The notes: generated by a model not told the origin, from the letters alone. A stretch of 62,057 nucleotides of DNA from a virus (IMGVR_UViG_3300032267_000290:1-62057); one strand, 5' to 3'. Shown: positions 36,541 through 46,766, counted from the first letter of the stretch. Made by a program: numbers and translations.

Positions 36541-38979
36541 ATGTCAATTGAAAAAAGTCTATACCAAGCCCCTGTCGGGTTAGATTCTATTGTTGAAGAA
36601 CCCATTGAAATTGAGATTGTAGACCCTGAATCAGTGACTATCGGTATTGACGGGTTAGAGATTGAAATTGAACCAGCAGCAGAAACAGCCGAAGACTTCG
36701 ATGCCAACCTTGCCGAATACATGAGCGAGGGCGAACTAGCAGAAATAGCTGGCGACCTAATAGGCGACTTTGAAGACGACATTAGTGCCAGAAAAGACTG
36801 GATCCAGACCTATGTAGACGGTTTAGAGCTTTTAGGAATGAAGATCGAAGAGAGGACAGAACCGTGGGAAGGAGCCTGTGGAGTCTATCATCCACTACTT
36901 TCCGAAGCCTTAGTTAAGTTCCAATCCGAAACAATTATGGAGACCTTCCCTGCGGCAGGTCCTGTCAAAACCGTAATGGTTGGCAAAGAGACTCCAGAGA
37001 AGAAAGACGCTGCCCAGCGGGTTCAGGACGATATGAACTACCAATTAACGGACGTTATGGTCGAATACCGCCCAGAGCATGAAAGAATGATCTGGGGTCT
37101 AGGACTGGCAGGAAACGCCTTTAAGAAGGTTTATTTTGATCCAGCACTAGATCGTCAAGTCTCGATGTTTATCCCCGCTGAAGACATCGTAGTGCCGTAT
37201 GGAGCCTCTAGCCTTCAGTCGTCCCCTCGTGTCACCCATGTTATGAGAAAGACTGAGAACGAAGTCAAACGACTTCAGTTTGCTGGCTTTTACAGGGACG
37301 TAGAACTTCAAGAGCCTAGCGGAGCTTTAGACGAAGTCGAGAAGAAAATTGCCGAGAAGATGGGTTTTCGTGCAACTTCAGACGACCGCTACAAACTTTT
37401 GGAGATGCACGTAGACCTAGACCTGCCTGGTTATGAGGACAAGGAAGACGGAAAAGAGACTGGCATCGCCCTGCCGTATGTTATAACGATTGAAAAAGGG
37501 ACTCAGAAAGTCTTATCAATCCGCAGAAACTGGAGACCAGAAGATGAAACCAAACAAAAGCGGAATCATTTCGTCCATTATGGATACGTGCCAGGCTTTG
37601 GCTTTTATTGTTTTGGGCTTATCCACCTTGTCGGTGCTTTTGCTAAGTCTGGTACTTCTCTTATCCGACAACTTGTCGATGCTGGTACATTATCGAATCT
37701 GCCAGGCGGTTTCAAAACCAGAGGTCTGCGAGTTAAGGGAGACGACACACCCATCTCGCCAGGTGAGTTTAGAGACGTAGACGTGCCTTCGGGAGCCATT
37801 AAGGACAACTTAATGACGCTTCCTTACAAAGAACCCAGCCAAGTCTTGTATTCCCTACTAGGGACAATCGTAGAAGAGGGAAGAAGATTTGCCTCGGCAG
37901 GCGATATGAAAGTGGCGGATATGTCTGCCAACGCACCAGTCGGCACAACTTTGGCGATTCTGGAGCGGACTCTAAAAGTAATGAGTGCGGTACAAGCCCG
38001 TATTCACTACTCCATGAAACAGGAATTAGGTCTTTTAAAGGATATTATTCGTGACTACACGCCTGAAGAGTACAACTATGAGCCTGAAGAGGGCAGCCGC
38101 AAGGCGAAGAAGAGTGACTACGATATGGTTTCGGTCATTCCAGTCTCTGATCCTAATGCGGCAACGATGGCGCAGAAGATCGTACAGTACCAAGCAGTAC
38201 TCCAACTGGCTCAAAATGCGCCTCAGATCTACAACCTACCGCAACTACACAGACAAATGCTAGATGTGTTGGGAATTCGCAACGCTCAAAAGCTAATTCC
38301 CTTACAGGACGATCAAAAACCCAAGGATCCCATCACGGAAAACATGGATGTTTTGACTAACAAGCCTTTAAAAGCCTTTATTTACCAAGATCACGAGTCT
38401 CATATCATTGCTCACACCAATTTTATGAAAGATCCTCTAACGGCTCAGGTCATTGGACAGAATCCACAGGCTCAATTGATGGCTGCTGCTTTAAACGCCC
38501 ATATAGCCGAGCATTTTGGCTTTAAATACCGCCAGATGATCGAACAACAGCTTGGCGCTCCCCTTCCATACCTTAAAGATGATGACGAAACCATCCCAGA
38601 GGAGTACGAAGTTCAGCTTTCTAGACTGGTGGCTCAGGCTTCTGCCCAACTTCTCCAGCAAAATCAAGCTCAGGCGGCTCAACAACAAGCCCAGCAACAG
38701 GCTCAGGATCCAATTATCCAAATGCAACAGCAAGAACTCCAGATCAGAGCGCAAGACGTACAGAGAAAAGCTCAGAAAGATCAGGCGGACGTCCAACTCA
38801 AGCAAGAGCAGATCAGCGTTGAGCGGGAGCGGATTGCTGCTCAGGTAGAAATCGAGGGTCAGAAGGCAGGAATCAAGATGGCTGCCGATAAAGACAAGCT
38901 AGACCGTCAAAATGAAATAGAAGCTACCAGAATGGGCATTGATATTGCCAAATCCAGAGACTTAGGAGGCAGTAAATGA
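36541..38979 (+). CDS. Portal protein
   Basis: 812 aa directly after TerL; Gln-rich C-terminal coiled coil (P22-type barrel). Confidence 0.85.
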   Translation: MSIEKSLYQAPVGLDSIVEEPIEIEIVDPESVTIGIDGLEIEIEPAAETAEDFDANLAEYMSEGELAEIAGDLIGDFEDDISARKDWIQTYVDGLELLGMKIEERTEPWEGACGVYHPLLSEALVKFQSETIMETFPAAGPVKTVMVGKETPEKKDAAQRVQDDMNYQLTDVMVEYRPEHERMIWGLGLAGNAFKKVYFDPALDRQVSMFIPAEDIVVPYGASSLQSSPRVTHVMRKTENEVKRLQFAGFYRDVELQEPSGALDEVEKKIAEKMGFRATSDDRYKLLEMHVDLDLPGYEDKEDGKETGIALPYVITIEKGTQKVLSIRRNWRPEDETKQKRNHFVHYGYVPGFGFYCFGLIHLVGAFAKSGTSLIRQLVDAGTLSNLPGGFKTRGLRVKGDDTPISPGEFRDVDVPSGAIKDNLMTLPYKEPSQVLYSLLGTIVEEGRRFASAGDMKVADMSANAPVGTTLAILERTLKVMSAVQARIHYSMKQELGLLKDIIRDYTPEEYNYEPEEGSRKAKKSDYDMVSVIPVSDPNAATMAQKIVQYQAVLQLAQNAPQIYNLPQLHRQMLDVLGIRNAQKLIPLQDDQKPKDPITENMDVLTNKPLKAFIYQDHESHIIAHTNFMKDPLTAQVIGQNPQAQLMAAALNAHIAEHFGFKYRQMIEQQLGAPLPYLKDDDETIPEEYEVQLSRLVAQASAQLLQQNQAQAAQQQAQQQAQDPIIQMQQQELQIRAQDVQRKAQKDQADVQLKQEQISVERERIAAQVEIEGQKAGIKMAADKDKLDRQNEIEATRMGIDIAKSRDLGGSK

Positions 38980-39161
38980 CGGAATTAGACGTTTTAATGG
39001 GTCAGATAGATGACAAAGCTGACCAATTAAAGAATGCTGTAGTGGTTGGAAACATGGATCACATACAGTATCAACGAGTTTGCGGGGAGATCCGAGGTCT
39101 GCTAATCGCAAAAGGTTACATATTAGACCTCAAAGACAAAATGGAGAGAATGAATGACTGA
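38976..39161 (+). CDS. Conserved hypothetical protein
   Basis: Y...CGEIRGL motif; coupled to portal. Confidence 0.7.
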   Translation: MTELDVLMGQIDDKADQLKNAVVVGNMDHIQYQRVCGEIRGLLIAKGYILDLKDKMERMND

Positions 39162-39564
39162 ATTACTAATCGGTACGAATCCCGATGATGTAAGTGATAT
39201 AACTGTTTTGCCCGAATCTAGCGAAGATAAAGCAAAACAACTTCCCAAACCCTCTGGTTACCGCATACTATGTGCAATTCCAGACGTAGAAAGAGAGTAC
39301 GAAAGTGGCATCGTAAAGGCAGACGAAACTGTTCGATACGATGAATTACTGACAACCGTGCTTTTTGTAGTTGATTTAGGACCTGACTGCTATAAGGATA
39401 CATCTCGGTTTCCTAGCGGTGCATGGTGTAAAAAGGGCGACTTTGTCCTTGTTAGACCCAATGCTGGTACTAGATTAGTCATTCACGGGCGGGAATTCCG
39501 CATTATTAATGACGATTCAATAGAAGCGGTAGTGGACGATCCACGTGGTATTAAACGTAAATAG
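39154..39564 (+). CDS. GroES-like co-chaperonin
   Basis: PSGYRIL...SGIV...VV.LGP...GDFV.....G...I.G.EFRIINDD.I.AVV. Confidence 0.85.
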   Translation: MTELLIGTNPDDVSDITVLPESSEDKAKQLPKPSGYRILCAIPDVEREYESGIVKADETVRYDELLTTVLFVVDLGPDCYKDTSRFPSGAWCKKGDFVLVRPNAGTRLVIHGREFRIINDDSIEAVVDDPRGIKRK

Positions 39565-39575
39565 GAGAAGGTACG

Positions 39576-40517
39576 ATGCCTGATTTTCAAAAAGACGAAT
39601 ACAAATTTCCAGATGAACAAGCCGAAACGAAGGCAGAATCTGAGAATTTTGAAATTGAAGTAGAAGACGATACCCCTGAAGAAGATAGGGACAAAAAGCC
39701 TTCTAGCCCAGAGTTTATCGAAGAACTTGAAAAAGACGAGCTAGAAGAATACTCAGACGCAGCCAAAAAGCGTATCCGAGAATTCAAGAAGATTTGGCAT
39801 GATGAACGCAGACGTGCAGACGCTGCCGAGCGTGAGCGCCAAGAAGCTCTTGAAGTTACCAAAAAACTGTATGAAGAGAACCGAAACCTAAAAGGTAAGG
39901 TAAATTCTACAGAGACGGTAGCAGTTAATTCCTTTAAAACCAATGCAGAGCATGAACTGTCAATGGCTAAAAAGGATTATCGGGAGGCTTATGAGTCTGG
40001 CGATGCCGAAAAATTGGTCGAAGCTCAGGAGAAAATGACTGCCGCAAAGATTAAGTTAGATCGTGTCCTTGATGCCACAGAAAATTTAAATCAAAGAAAA
40101 GCTTTACAAGAAAGAGAAAATGAAGTAAAAATACCTCAAGTAGAGCAACCTGTCGTTCGAGACCAGAAAGCAACGGCTTGGCAAGAGCGTAACTCTTGGT
40201 TTGGTCAGGATGATGAGATGACTAGTTTAGCTTTAGGGCTTCACGAGAAGCTTGTTAAAGAAAACGGTATGTCATACGCTACTACGGACGAGTATTACAA
40301 ACGTATAGACGAAACTATGCGTAAACGATTCCCCGAAAATTTCGAGGACGTAGAGGACGAAAAGCCTCGGTCGAAACCGAGTACTGTAGTCGCTCCTGCA
40401 AGTCGTAGCACATCTTCGAAAAAGATAAGGCTAAATACTTCCCAGCTTGCGATAGCAAAGAAGTTAGGACTAACGCCAGAGCAATACGCCCGTGAACTTT
40501 TAAAAATGGAGAATTAA
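39576..40517 (+). CDS. Capsid scaffolding protein
   Basis: Acidic coiled coil; C-terminal Q.AIAKKLGLTPEQYA. Confidence 0.75.
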   Translation: MPDFQKDEYKFPDEQAETKAESENFEIEVEDDTPEEDRDKKPSSPEFIEELEKDELEEYSDAAKKRIREFKKIWHDERRRADAAERERQEALEVTKKLYEENRNLKGKVNSTETVAVNSFKTNAEHELSMAKKDYREAYESGDAEKLVEAQEKMTAAKIKLDRVLDATENLNQRKALQERENEVKIPQVEQPVVRDQKATAWQERNSWFGQDDEMTSLALGLHEKLVKENGMSYATTDEYYKRIDETMRKRFPENFEDVEDEKPRSKPSTVVAPASRSTSSKKIRLNTSQLAIAKKLGLTPEQYARELLKMEN

Positions 40518-40519
40518 GC

Positions 40520-40963
40520 ATGACTAAGAAATTAGATAGAGAATTAGAAACCCGTGCAACAAGCGAACGTCCTCAACAGTGGGCGCCAGCAGAATTGCTG
40601 CCTGAACCCGACAAACAGGCTGGGTATGCGTATCGTTGGATTCGTACTTCAACGCTAAATCAGGCGGATCCCCGCAATCTCTCTGGGAAACTAAGAGAAG
40701 GTTGGGAACCTGTGGCACTTGAAGAACAACCCAAGTTTCAACTGTTAGTTGATCCCAATAGTCGTTTTAAGGACAACATTGAGATTGGCGGGTTATTGCT
40801 TTGCAAAACTCCAGAAGAGTTCGTTGAACAACGTAATAAACATTACCGAATTCAAGCCGAAAATCAAATGGAAGCTGTAGACAGTAATCTTATGCGCCAA
40901 AGTGACCCAAGGATGCCACTCTTTAAAGAGAGTAAGTCCACAACGACCTTTGGTAAAGGTTAA
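40520..40963 (+). CDS. Conserved head-module protein
   Basis: GYAYRWIR...REGWEPV...GGLLLCK. Confidence 0.7.
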   Translation: MTKKLDRELETRATSERPQQWAPAELLPEPDKQAGYAYRWIRTSTLNQADPRNLSGKLREGWEPVALEEQPKFQLLVDPNSRFKDNIEIGGLLLCKTPEEFVEQRNKHYRIQAENQMEAVDSNLMRQSDPRMPLFKESKSTTTFGKG

Positions 40964-40983
40964 TTTTAATTTAGGAGTTTAAT

Positions 40984-41592
40984 ATGGCTTATCCTACTGT
41001 AGATAAACCGTACGGACTAAAACCAGTCAATTTAATTGGCGGTCAAGTCTTTGCGGGAGCAACTCGTCAGATGGAAATTGCAAGTGGCTATGCTACTAGT
41101 ATTTTTTATGGCGATTTAGTAAAACGTATTTCTGATGGAACGATTGAAAAAGATACTGGCACAACTACAGCTACACCTTGTGGTGTATTTTTAGGTGTTA
41201 GTTTTACCAATTCTTCAACTGGTCAAGTTCAGCAACAACAGTTCTACCCAGCAAGTCAGTCAATCAAATCTGGAACAAAGATTTTTGCAGTCGTTGCGGA
41301 CGATCCTGACACATTGTTCCAAGTAGTTTCTTGTTCTTCAGGCACAACCGTGGCTGGAATGGGTATTTCTGCTATTGGTAATAACATTGCTCTGATTCAA
41401 AACTCTGGATCTACCACCACTGGTAACTCCGCTGTAGCGATTGATGAAGGTACGCAAGCTACTACCAATACTCTACCTATCCGCATTATTGATGTGGTAA
41501 GAGACACAGCAACGGGCACTGACACATTTGTTGAGTTTATCGTCAAGATAAATGCAACTATGCATCAGTACAACAACTCAACTGGCGTATAA
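40984..41592 (+). CDS. Capsid decoration/cement protein
   Basis: PYGLKPV, IFYGDLV, DDPD..F; immediately before MCP. Confidence 0.65.
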   Translation: MAYPTVDKPYGLKPVNLIGGQVFAGATRQMEIASGYATSIFYGDLVKRISDGTIEKDTGTTTATPCGVFLGVSFTNSSTGQVQQQQFYPASQSIKSGTKIFAVVADDPDTLFQVVSCSSGTTVAGMGISAIGNNIALIQNSGSTTTGNSAVAIDEGTQATTNTLPIRIIDVVRDTATGTDTFVEFIVKINATMHQYNNSTGV

Positions 41593-41604
41593 GGAGCTTA
41601 GAAA

Positions 41605-42516
41605 ATGGCTATTTCACGTGCACAACTACTGAAAGAGTTGCTTCCAGGCTTAAACGCTTTGTTTGGCTTGGAGTACGCAACGTATGGTGAACAACATAAA
41701 GAGATCTATGAAACTGAGACCTCTGAGCGTTCGTTCGAAGAAGAAACAAAACTGTCTGGCTTCTCCGCAGCACCAGTCAAAAACGAAGGTTCTGCCATCG
41801 CTTATGACAATGCTCAAGAGGCTTTCACAGCTCGCTATAACCACGAAACCATCGCCCTTGGCTTCTCTTTAACCGAAGAGGCAATCGAGGACAACTTGTA
41901 TGACAGCTTATCGGCTCGTTATACCAAGGCTTTGGCTCGTGCTATGGCATACACTAAGCAAACTAAAGCAGCTTCCGTTCTAAACAACGGTTTCTCTGCT
42001 GGCGTATATGCTGGTGGTGACGGTGTGGCTTTGTTCAGCACATCACACCCACTGGTTTCTGGTGGTGTAAACAGCAACACTCAATCTACCGCTGCTGATT
42101 TGAACGAAACTTCCTTGGAAGCTGCCGTTATTCAGATCGCTGCTTGGACAGATGAGCGTGGCTTGTTGATCGCTGCTAAACCACGTAAGTTAATCGTTCC
42201 ACCTGCACTCCAGTTCGTAGCTACCCGTCTCTTAGAGACTCAGTTGCGTGTTGGTACTACAGACAACGACATTAACGCTATCGTAAACAATGGTTCGATC
42301 CCAGAAGGTTATACAGTTAATAACTACCTGACCGACACCAATGCTTACTTCCTCTGTACTGATGTTCCAAATGGTATGAAGCACTTTGTTCGTACTCCTT
42401 TGAGCAACAGCATGGACGGTGACTTTGATACTGGTAACGTCCGTTACAAGTCTCGTGAGCGTTATTCTTTTGGATTCTCGGATCCACTAGGAATGTTTGG
42501 TTCACCAGGCGCTTAA
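41605..42516 (+). CDS. Major capsid protein (Mu gpT-like, HK97 fold)
   Basis: MAISRAQLLKELLPGLNALFGLEY...DFDTGNVRYKSRERYSFG.SDP. Confidence 0.92.
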   Translation: MAISRAQLLKELLPGLNALFGLEYATYGEQHKEIYETETSERSFEEETKLSGFSAAPVKNEGSAIAYDNAQEAFTARYNHETIALGFSLTEEAIEDNLYDSLSARYTKALARAMAYTKQTKAASVLNNGFSAGVYAGGDGVALFSTSHPLVSGGVNSNTQSTAADLNETSLEAAVIQIAAWTDERGLLIAAKPRKLIVPPALQFVATRLLETQLRVGTTDNDINAIVNNGSIPEGYTVNNYLTDTNAYFLCTDVPNGMKHFVRTPLSNSMDGDFDTGNVRYKSRERYSFGFSDPLGMFGSPGA

Positions 42517-42537
42517 TAAACACACTATAGTGTTTGG

Positions 42538-42560
42538 ACCCCTCTTCGGAGGGGTTTTTT
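42538..42560 (+). terminator. Intrinsic terminator after MCP
   Basis: ACCCCTC-TTCG-GAGGGGT followed by T5. Confidence 0.85.
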
Positions 42561-42618
42561 ATTTCATAATTCTTTCACAATTCTCTAATAACATGATTTG
42601 ATTGAAAAAAGGTATATT

Positions 42619-43578
42619 ATGGCTACGAAAGCTTGTACCGATGAAGAATTTATTGCCCTTTGGAGGCAACACCAATCTCCTGAAAAGGTTAGTCAGGTTA
42701 TCGGTGTTAGCACTCGCAATGTTTTAAAAAGGCGCAGAAGAGTAGAACAACAATATGACATTATTTTAGATGCATTATCTCCAAACGGAATGCCTAAGGT
42801 TTACATTCCCGATGAGCAAATGCAAGCCAATGTCACTCTTGATAATGGCACCATTTTAGTTGGCTCCGATTGCCACTACAATCCAGAGTACGTTACGACA
42901 GCCCACCGAGCGTTTGTTGAGTTTGTAAAGTATCTAAAACCTAAAATTGTGATTCTCAATGGTGATATAGCTGACTTTGCTAGTATTTCACAACATCATC
43001 GCATTGGCTGGCAGAAAAGTCCCACAGTCAAAGAAGAGTTAGATGAGATTCAAGACAGGCTTGGGGATATTGAGCAAGTAAGACCGCCAGGCTGTAAGCT
43101 GATGATTACGATTGGTAATCACGATTTAAGATTCTCAGGCAAACTTAGTAATGTCTTGCCAGCCTACGAGGGCATCAAGGGTTTTGATATTGCAGATCAC
43201 ACCCCGCATTGGAAGTGGTACTGGTCAATCATGGTCAATCAGACTTGCATGATAAAACATCGGTGGCATAACGGAGTTCATGCGGTCTACAACAATGCCA
43301 TTAAATCGGGAACGAGTTTCGTCAGCGGTCATCTACATTCTCTTAAAATTACCCCTTGGACAGATTACACAGGCACAAGATATGGCGTAGATACTGGCAC
43401 AATGGCTTGTATTAAGGATAATCAATTTAGTTATACAGAAAATAATCCAGTCAACTGGAGGGCGGGATTTGCAGTATTAACATTTATTAATGGCAAACTC
43501 ATGCCCCCAGAGCTGGCAGAGGTTGTCAACGAAGACGAGGGTTTAATTTATTTCCGTGGTAAGTTAATAAAAGTATGA
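42619..43578 (+). CDS. Calcineurin-like metallophosphoesterase with N-terminal HTH-like segment
   Basis: SDCH, NGDIAD, GNHD, H, GHLH motifs. Confidence 0.85.
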   Translation: MATKACTDEEFIALWRQHQSPEKVSQVIGVSTRNVLKRRRRVEQQYDIILDALSPNGMPKVYIPDEQMQANVTLDNGTILVGSDCHYNPEYVTTAHRAFVEFVKYLKPKIVILNGDIADFASISQHHRIGWQKSPTVKEELDEIQDRLGDIEQVRPPGCKLMITIGNHDLRFSGKLSNVLPAYEGIKGFDIADHTPHWKWYWSIMVNQTCMIKHRWHNGVHAVYNNAIKSGTSFVSGHLHSLKITPWTDYTGTRYGVDTGTMACIKDNQFSYTENNPVNWRAGFAVLTFINGKLMPPELAEVVNEDEGLIYFRGKLIKV

Positions 43579-43928
43579 AGTTAACACCCAAAATTATTGA
43601 AAATATCTATGCAATGCTGTATTGCACAGAGCCGTTTTCTGATTGGGGTTTACCCTTACCTGAAGAAATTAAGTTTATTGTAGATAGTGACCCTGAAACA
43701 ATGGGTACTTATCTCTATGATGATGGCGAAAAATACGCTCATACTATTACCATCTCTGACGCTAGGTGTGGGCATTTAGATACGGTCATTAGGACTATGG
43801 CTCACGAGATGATTCATGCCAGTCGCTGGGACACCATTACACAGGCTTGGACAAAACACGACAAAACTTTTAAAAACAGAGCAAAAATGGTAGCAACTGA
43901 GCTTGGATTTGACCCCCTTGAGTTGTAA
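43575..43928 (+). CDS. SprT-like HExxH metalloprotease
   Basis: TMAHEMIH...H...F. Confidence 0.7.
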   Translation: MKLTPKIIENIYAMLYCTEPFSDWGLPLPEEIKFIVDSDPETMGTYLYDDGEKYAHTITISDARCGHLDTVIRTMAHEMIHASRWDTITQAWTKHDKTFKNRAKMVATELGFDPLEL

Positions 43929-43974
43929 CATAAATGTTACCAAAAGGCATTTAATGTAAACAATATGAAACATT

Positions 43975-44199
43975 ATGACTTGGAACCTTAGATTTGTTAT
44001 CTTAGAAGATGAATTGACTTTAGAGCCTTATATGGAGCTACGAGAAGTCTTTTACGATGAAATGGGTAAGCCAATTGGTCACGCCCGTGCGACCGTAGGC
44101 GGGGACAATATGGAAGAAATTACCCAGTATTTAGATTGGGCATTAGAAGCGACCACCAAACCTGTATTACGACACAAAGACTTTGAAGGAAAATTATGA
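43975..44199 (+). CDS. Hypothetical protein
   Basis: MTWN.R...EVFYDE.G.P pattern. Confidence 0.65.
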   Translation: MTWNLRFVILEDELTLEPYMELREVFYDEMGKPIGHARATVGGDNMEEITQYLDWALEATTKPVLRHKDFEGKL

Positions 44200-44414
44200 A
44201 AATTTCATGCAAATTGATTAAAGAATTAGACGATGGTAGTGCTATTGTGTCTATTGAATTAGACCAAGAAGCTAAAGACTGGTTGATTGGAGAAGGCTTT
44301 ACAGTGATCATGAAAGAAGCCATCAAAATGAGCAAAACCTATGTCAGTCCAGAGATGCTAGAAAAGGCTAAAAAAGTATCCAAGAAGGGTAAGACAATAC
44401 CTAAAAAGAAATGA
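44196..44414 (+). CDS. Hypothetical protein
   Basis: Coupled ORF. Confidence 0.6.
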   Translation: MKISCKLIKELDDGSAIVSIELDQEAKDWLIGEGFTVIMKEAIKMSKTYVSPEMLEKAKKVSKKGKTIPKKK

Positions 44415-44557
44415 GTGCTAATCTCATTATTTTGACAGGCTTAATTTATACCTATATTGGTATAGAACAAGCCTTCAAAGGCAACACCCCTATGGCAATT
44501 TGTTACTTCTGCTACGCAGGTGCAAACGTTGGTTTATACATGATGGCAGCAAAATAA
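44411..44557 (+). CDS. 48-aa membrane protein (not in ORF track)
   Basis: MSANLIILTGLIYTYIGIEQAFKGN...; ATGA-coupled. Confidence 0.6.
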   Translation: MSANLIILTGLIYTYIGIEQAFKGNTPMAICYFCYAGANVGLYMMAAK

Positions 44558-44561
44558 AAAG

Positions 44562-44589
44562 TTGCAAGTATATAAAAAAGTAGTAAGAT
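44562..44589 (+). promoter_or_regulatory. Sigma70-type promoter
   Basis: TTGCAA-16 nt-TAAGAT. Confidence 0.55.
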
Positions 44590-44597
44590 GATGGAAA

Positions 44598-44652
44598 CTG
44601 GGAAACCAGCTTATTACACTGTCCCAGCAGACGCATACACGATTAATAAGCT
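44598..44652 (+). ncRNA. Pseudoknotted leader RNA (candidate Mu-gpT-DE-like element)
   Basis: CTGGGA/TCCCAG and AGCTTATTA/TAATAAGCT stems are interleaved. Confidence 0.55.
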
Positions 44653-44673
44653 AACTTTGTATGGAGAATTAAC

Positions 44674-45213
44674 ATGGCACGATCCACATTCCAAGGTCCA
44701 ATTCGTTCATTGGGCGGCATTTATCAACAAGGTCCAGCTACTATTGTTGAAATTACAACCAGCACTACCCTAAGCCCAGAGGCTCATGGCGGTCGTATTA
44801 TTTCTGTAGGCGGTTCTTTAGCTTCTGCTTTAACCTTGACCCTACCTGCTATTAACGCATCTGCAAACCCAACTACTTCTGGTCCTGGTCAAGATCCAAG
44901 CACCGCCAACAATGAAGGCGTTGTGTATACCATTTGGGTTCCAACCACAATTTCTACTTCTTCATTAAAGATTGGTACTGACGGCACAGACAAGTATGTA
45001 GGCGCTATATTGTCTATTGATACTGATACAACAGACGCAGCCCGTGGCTTCGTTGCTGGTGCAAGTGATGACTTTATTAACTTTAACGGCACAACTACTG
45101 GTGGTGTTGCAGGTACATTTGTACAGATTTACGCAATTACGTCATTAAAGTATATGGTTACAGGCACAGTGTTAGGCACAGGTACTGTTGCTACTCCGTT
45201 TGCTACTTCTTAA
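44674..45213 (+). CDS. Virion structural (head fibre/decoration-like) protein
   Basis: MARSTFQGPIRS N-terminus; Thr/Gly-rich; GGAG RBS. Confidence 0.65.
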   Translation: MARSTFQGPIRSLGGIYQQGPATIVEITTSTTLSPEAHGGRIISVGGSLASALTLTLPAINASANPTTSGPGQDPSTANNEGVVYTIWVPTTISTSSLKIGTDGTDKYVGAILSIDTDTTDAARGFVAGASDDFINFNGTTTGGVAGTFVQIYAITSLKYMVTGTVLGTGTVATPFATS

Positions 45214-45269
45214 TTAATCCAGCGGACTAGGGTTTTCCCTAGTCTACTCAACATCTTAGGAGATTAATT

Positions 45270-45785
45270 ATGGCAATGCAATATGATGTAAAACAGGCGC
45301 ATTTAAATTCTAGCGGGTATCTTGTAGATTATGGTACACGGGTCAAAGGAATATCTTTTACAGGTGGAGCTTCTGCTGGCTATGTAATTTTATTCGATGC
45401 TTCAAGCGTTCCCGTATCATCAAGCGTAACGTATGCACAAAGTGGTACAACCGTAACAGTAACTAAAACAGCTCATGGACTTACTACTGGTACAGTTATT
45501 GGTATTCATTTTGTACAGAATGGTTCTGGTGTTTCAGCTACTGACGGCACATATAGCATTACTAGAGTAGATGCAAATTCGTTTACTCTGACTGATATTA
45601 ATTCACGCACAATTACAAGTACTGCGGCTGTATATGCTGTTGGTAGATGGATTCTTACCTACGAAAGCTTTGCTGGCGATTATTTTAGTAATACCCCAAT
45701 TATTCCAGGTGAAGGAATACGTGCAAATACATCGGTATATGCAGAAATTTCCAATATGGATTCGATACAAATTTATTATGGCTAA
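45270..45785 (+). CDS. Virion structural protein with inserted TVTVT..HGL domain
   Basis: MAMQYDVK...PGEGI......YYG. Confidence 0.65.
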   Translation: MAMQYDVKQAHLNSSGYLVDYGTRVKGISFTGGASAGYVILFDASSVPVSSSVTYAQSGTTVTVTKTAHGLTTGTVIGIHFVQNGSGVSATDGTYSITRVDANSFTLTDINSRTITSTAAVYAVGRWILTYESFAGDYFSNTPIIPGEGIRANTSVYAEISNMDSIQIYYG

Positions 45786-46098
45786 GACTCCTGCGTGGCA
45801 ACGCAAAGAGGGCAAAAACCCTGAAGGCGGTTTAAACGCCAAGGGTAGAGCTTCGTATAACGCAGCCAATCCTGATAAGCCTGGACTTAAGCGTCCTCAG
45901 CCAGAAGGTGGATCAAGAAAGAAATCTTTCTGCGCCAGAATGTCAGGTATGAAGAAAAAGCTCACATCTGCTAAAACAGCCAACGACCCAGATAGCCGCA
46001 TCAACAAGTCATTACGTGCTTGGAACTGCAAAGAAGGCGGGTCTGTTCGTGGTGGTGGCTGCGAAATACGTGGCAAGACTAAAGGGAAAATGGTATGA
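45778..46098 (+). CDS. Basic protein (DUF6321-like)
   Basis: MAKTPAWQRKEGKNPEGGLNAKGR...RKKSFCARM...SLRAWNC. Confidence 0.7.
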   Translation: MAKTPAWQRKEGKNPEGGLNAKGRASYNAANPDKPGLKRPQPEGGSRKKSFCARMSGMKKKLTSAKTANDPDSRINKSLRAWNCKEGGSVRGGGCEIRGKTKGKMV

Positions 46099-46328
46099 AT
46101 ATGTTAGAACTTTGGACTGGTGGTCTTACTATTTTTATTGCTTTTATTGGATATGTCATGCACGAAAAGTTCAATGATCTAAAACGAATTGATATTCTTT
46201 TGAATAAAACCCGTGAGGAGGTAGCTCGTGATAACGCAACTAAAGCAGAAGTTGAACGTATTGTTGAACACATGGATGCAAGGTTTAACAAACTTGAAGA
46301 CAAAATTGACCAGCTTATTAAAAGGTAA
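46095..46328 (+). CDS. Small membrane-anchored coiled-coil protein
   Basis: N-terminal TM helix; RFNKLEDKID. Confidence 0.65.
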   Translation: MNMLELWTGGLTIFIAFIGYVMHEKFNDLKRIDILLNKTREEVARDNATKAEVERIVEHMDARFNKLEDKIDQLIKR

Positions 46329-46331
46329 ATA

Positions 46332-46766
46332 ATGCCAAGTGTTTCAAAAAAACAACACAATTTCATGGCAGCAGTGGCTAATAATCCCAAGTTTGCCAAA
46401 AAAGCAGGAGTACCTTCTTCTATTGGGAAGGAATTTTTAACTGCCGACAAAGGCAAAACGTTTAAACGGGGTGGTGAGATGAAAGAATCCAAGATGATGG
46501 TTAAAAAAGAAGTTGATTTTATGAAAAAGAAAGGCGCTCCAAAGTCCATGATTAAACATGAAATGGGCGAAATGAAGGGCATGAAAAATGGCGGTATGGC
46601 ATCTATGAAAAAAGTAGCTACTAAAGCCGTCAAAGGACATGAGAAGCGTATGCACGGCATGGCTGGTGGCGGTAAAGTAGGTCAGCTATCTAAATCTGAT
46701 GGATGTGCCACTAAAGGCAAATCTAAAGGCAAAATGGTCAAAATGAAATACGGTGGAGCTTGCTAA
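46332..46766 (+). CDS. Lys/Met-rich basic protein
   Basis: MPSVSKKQHNFMAAVA; repeated xKxGG; DGCATKGKSKG. Confidence 0.7.
   Translation: MPSVSKKQHNFMAAVANNPKFAKKAGVPSSIGKEFLTADKGKTFKRGGEMKESKMMVKKEVDFMKKKGAPKSMIKHEMGEMKGMKNGGMASMKKVATKAVKGHEKRMHGMAGGGKVGQLSKSDGCATKGKSKGKMVKMKYGGAC

Noticed and set aside
45225-45244. GACTAGGG-TTTT-CCCTAGTC hairpin as a terminator
   Set aside because: No U-tract on either strand; probably a stability or processing hairpin
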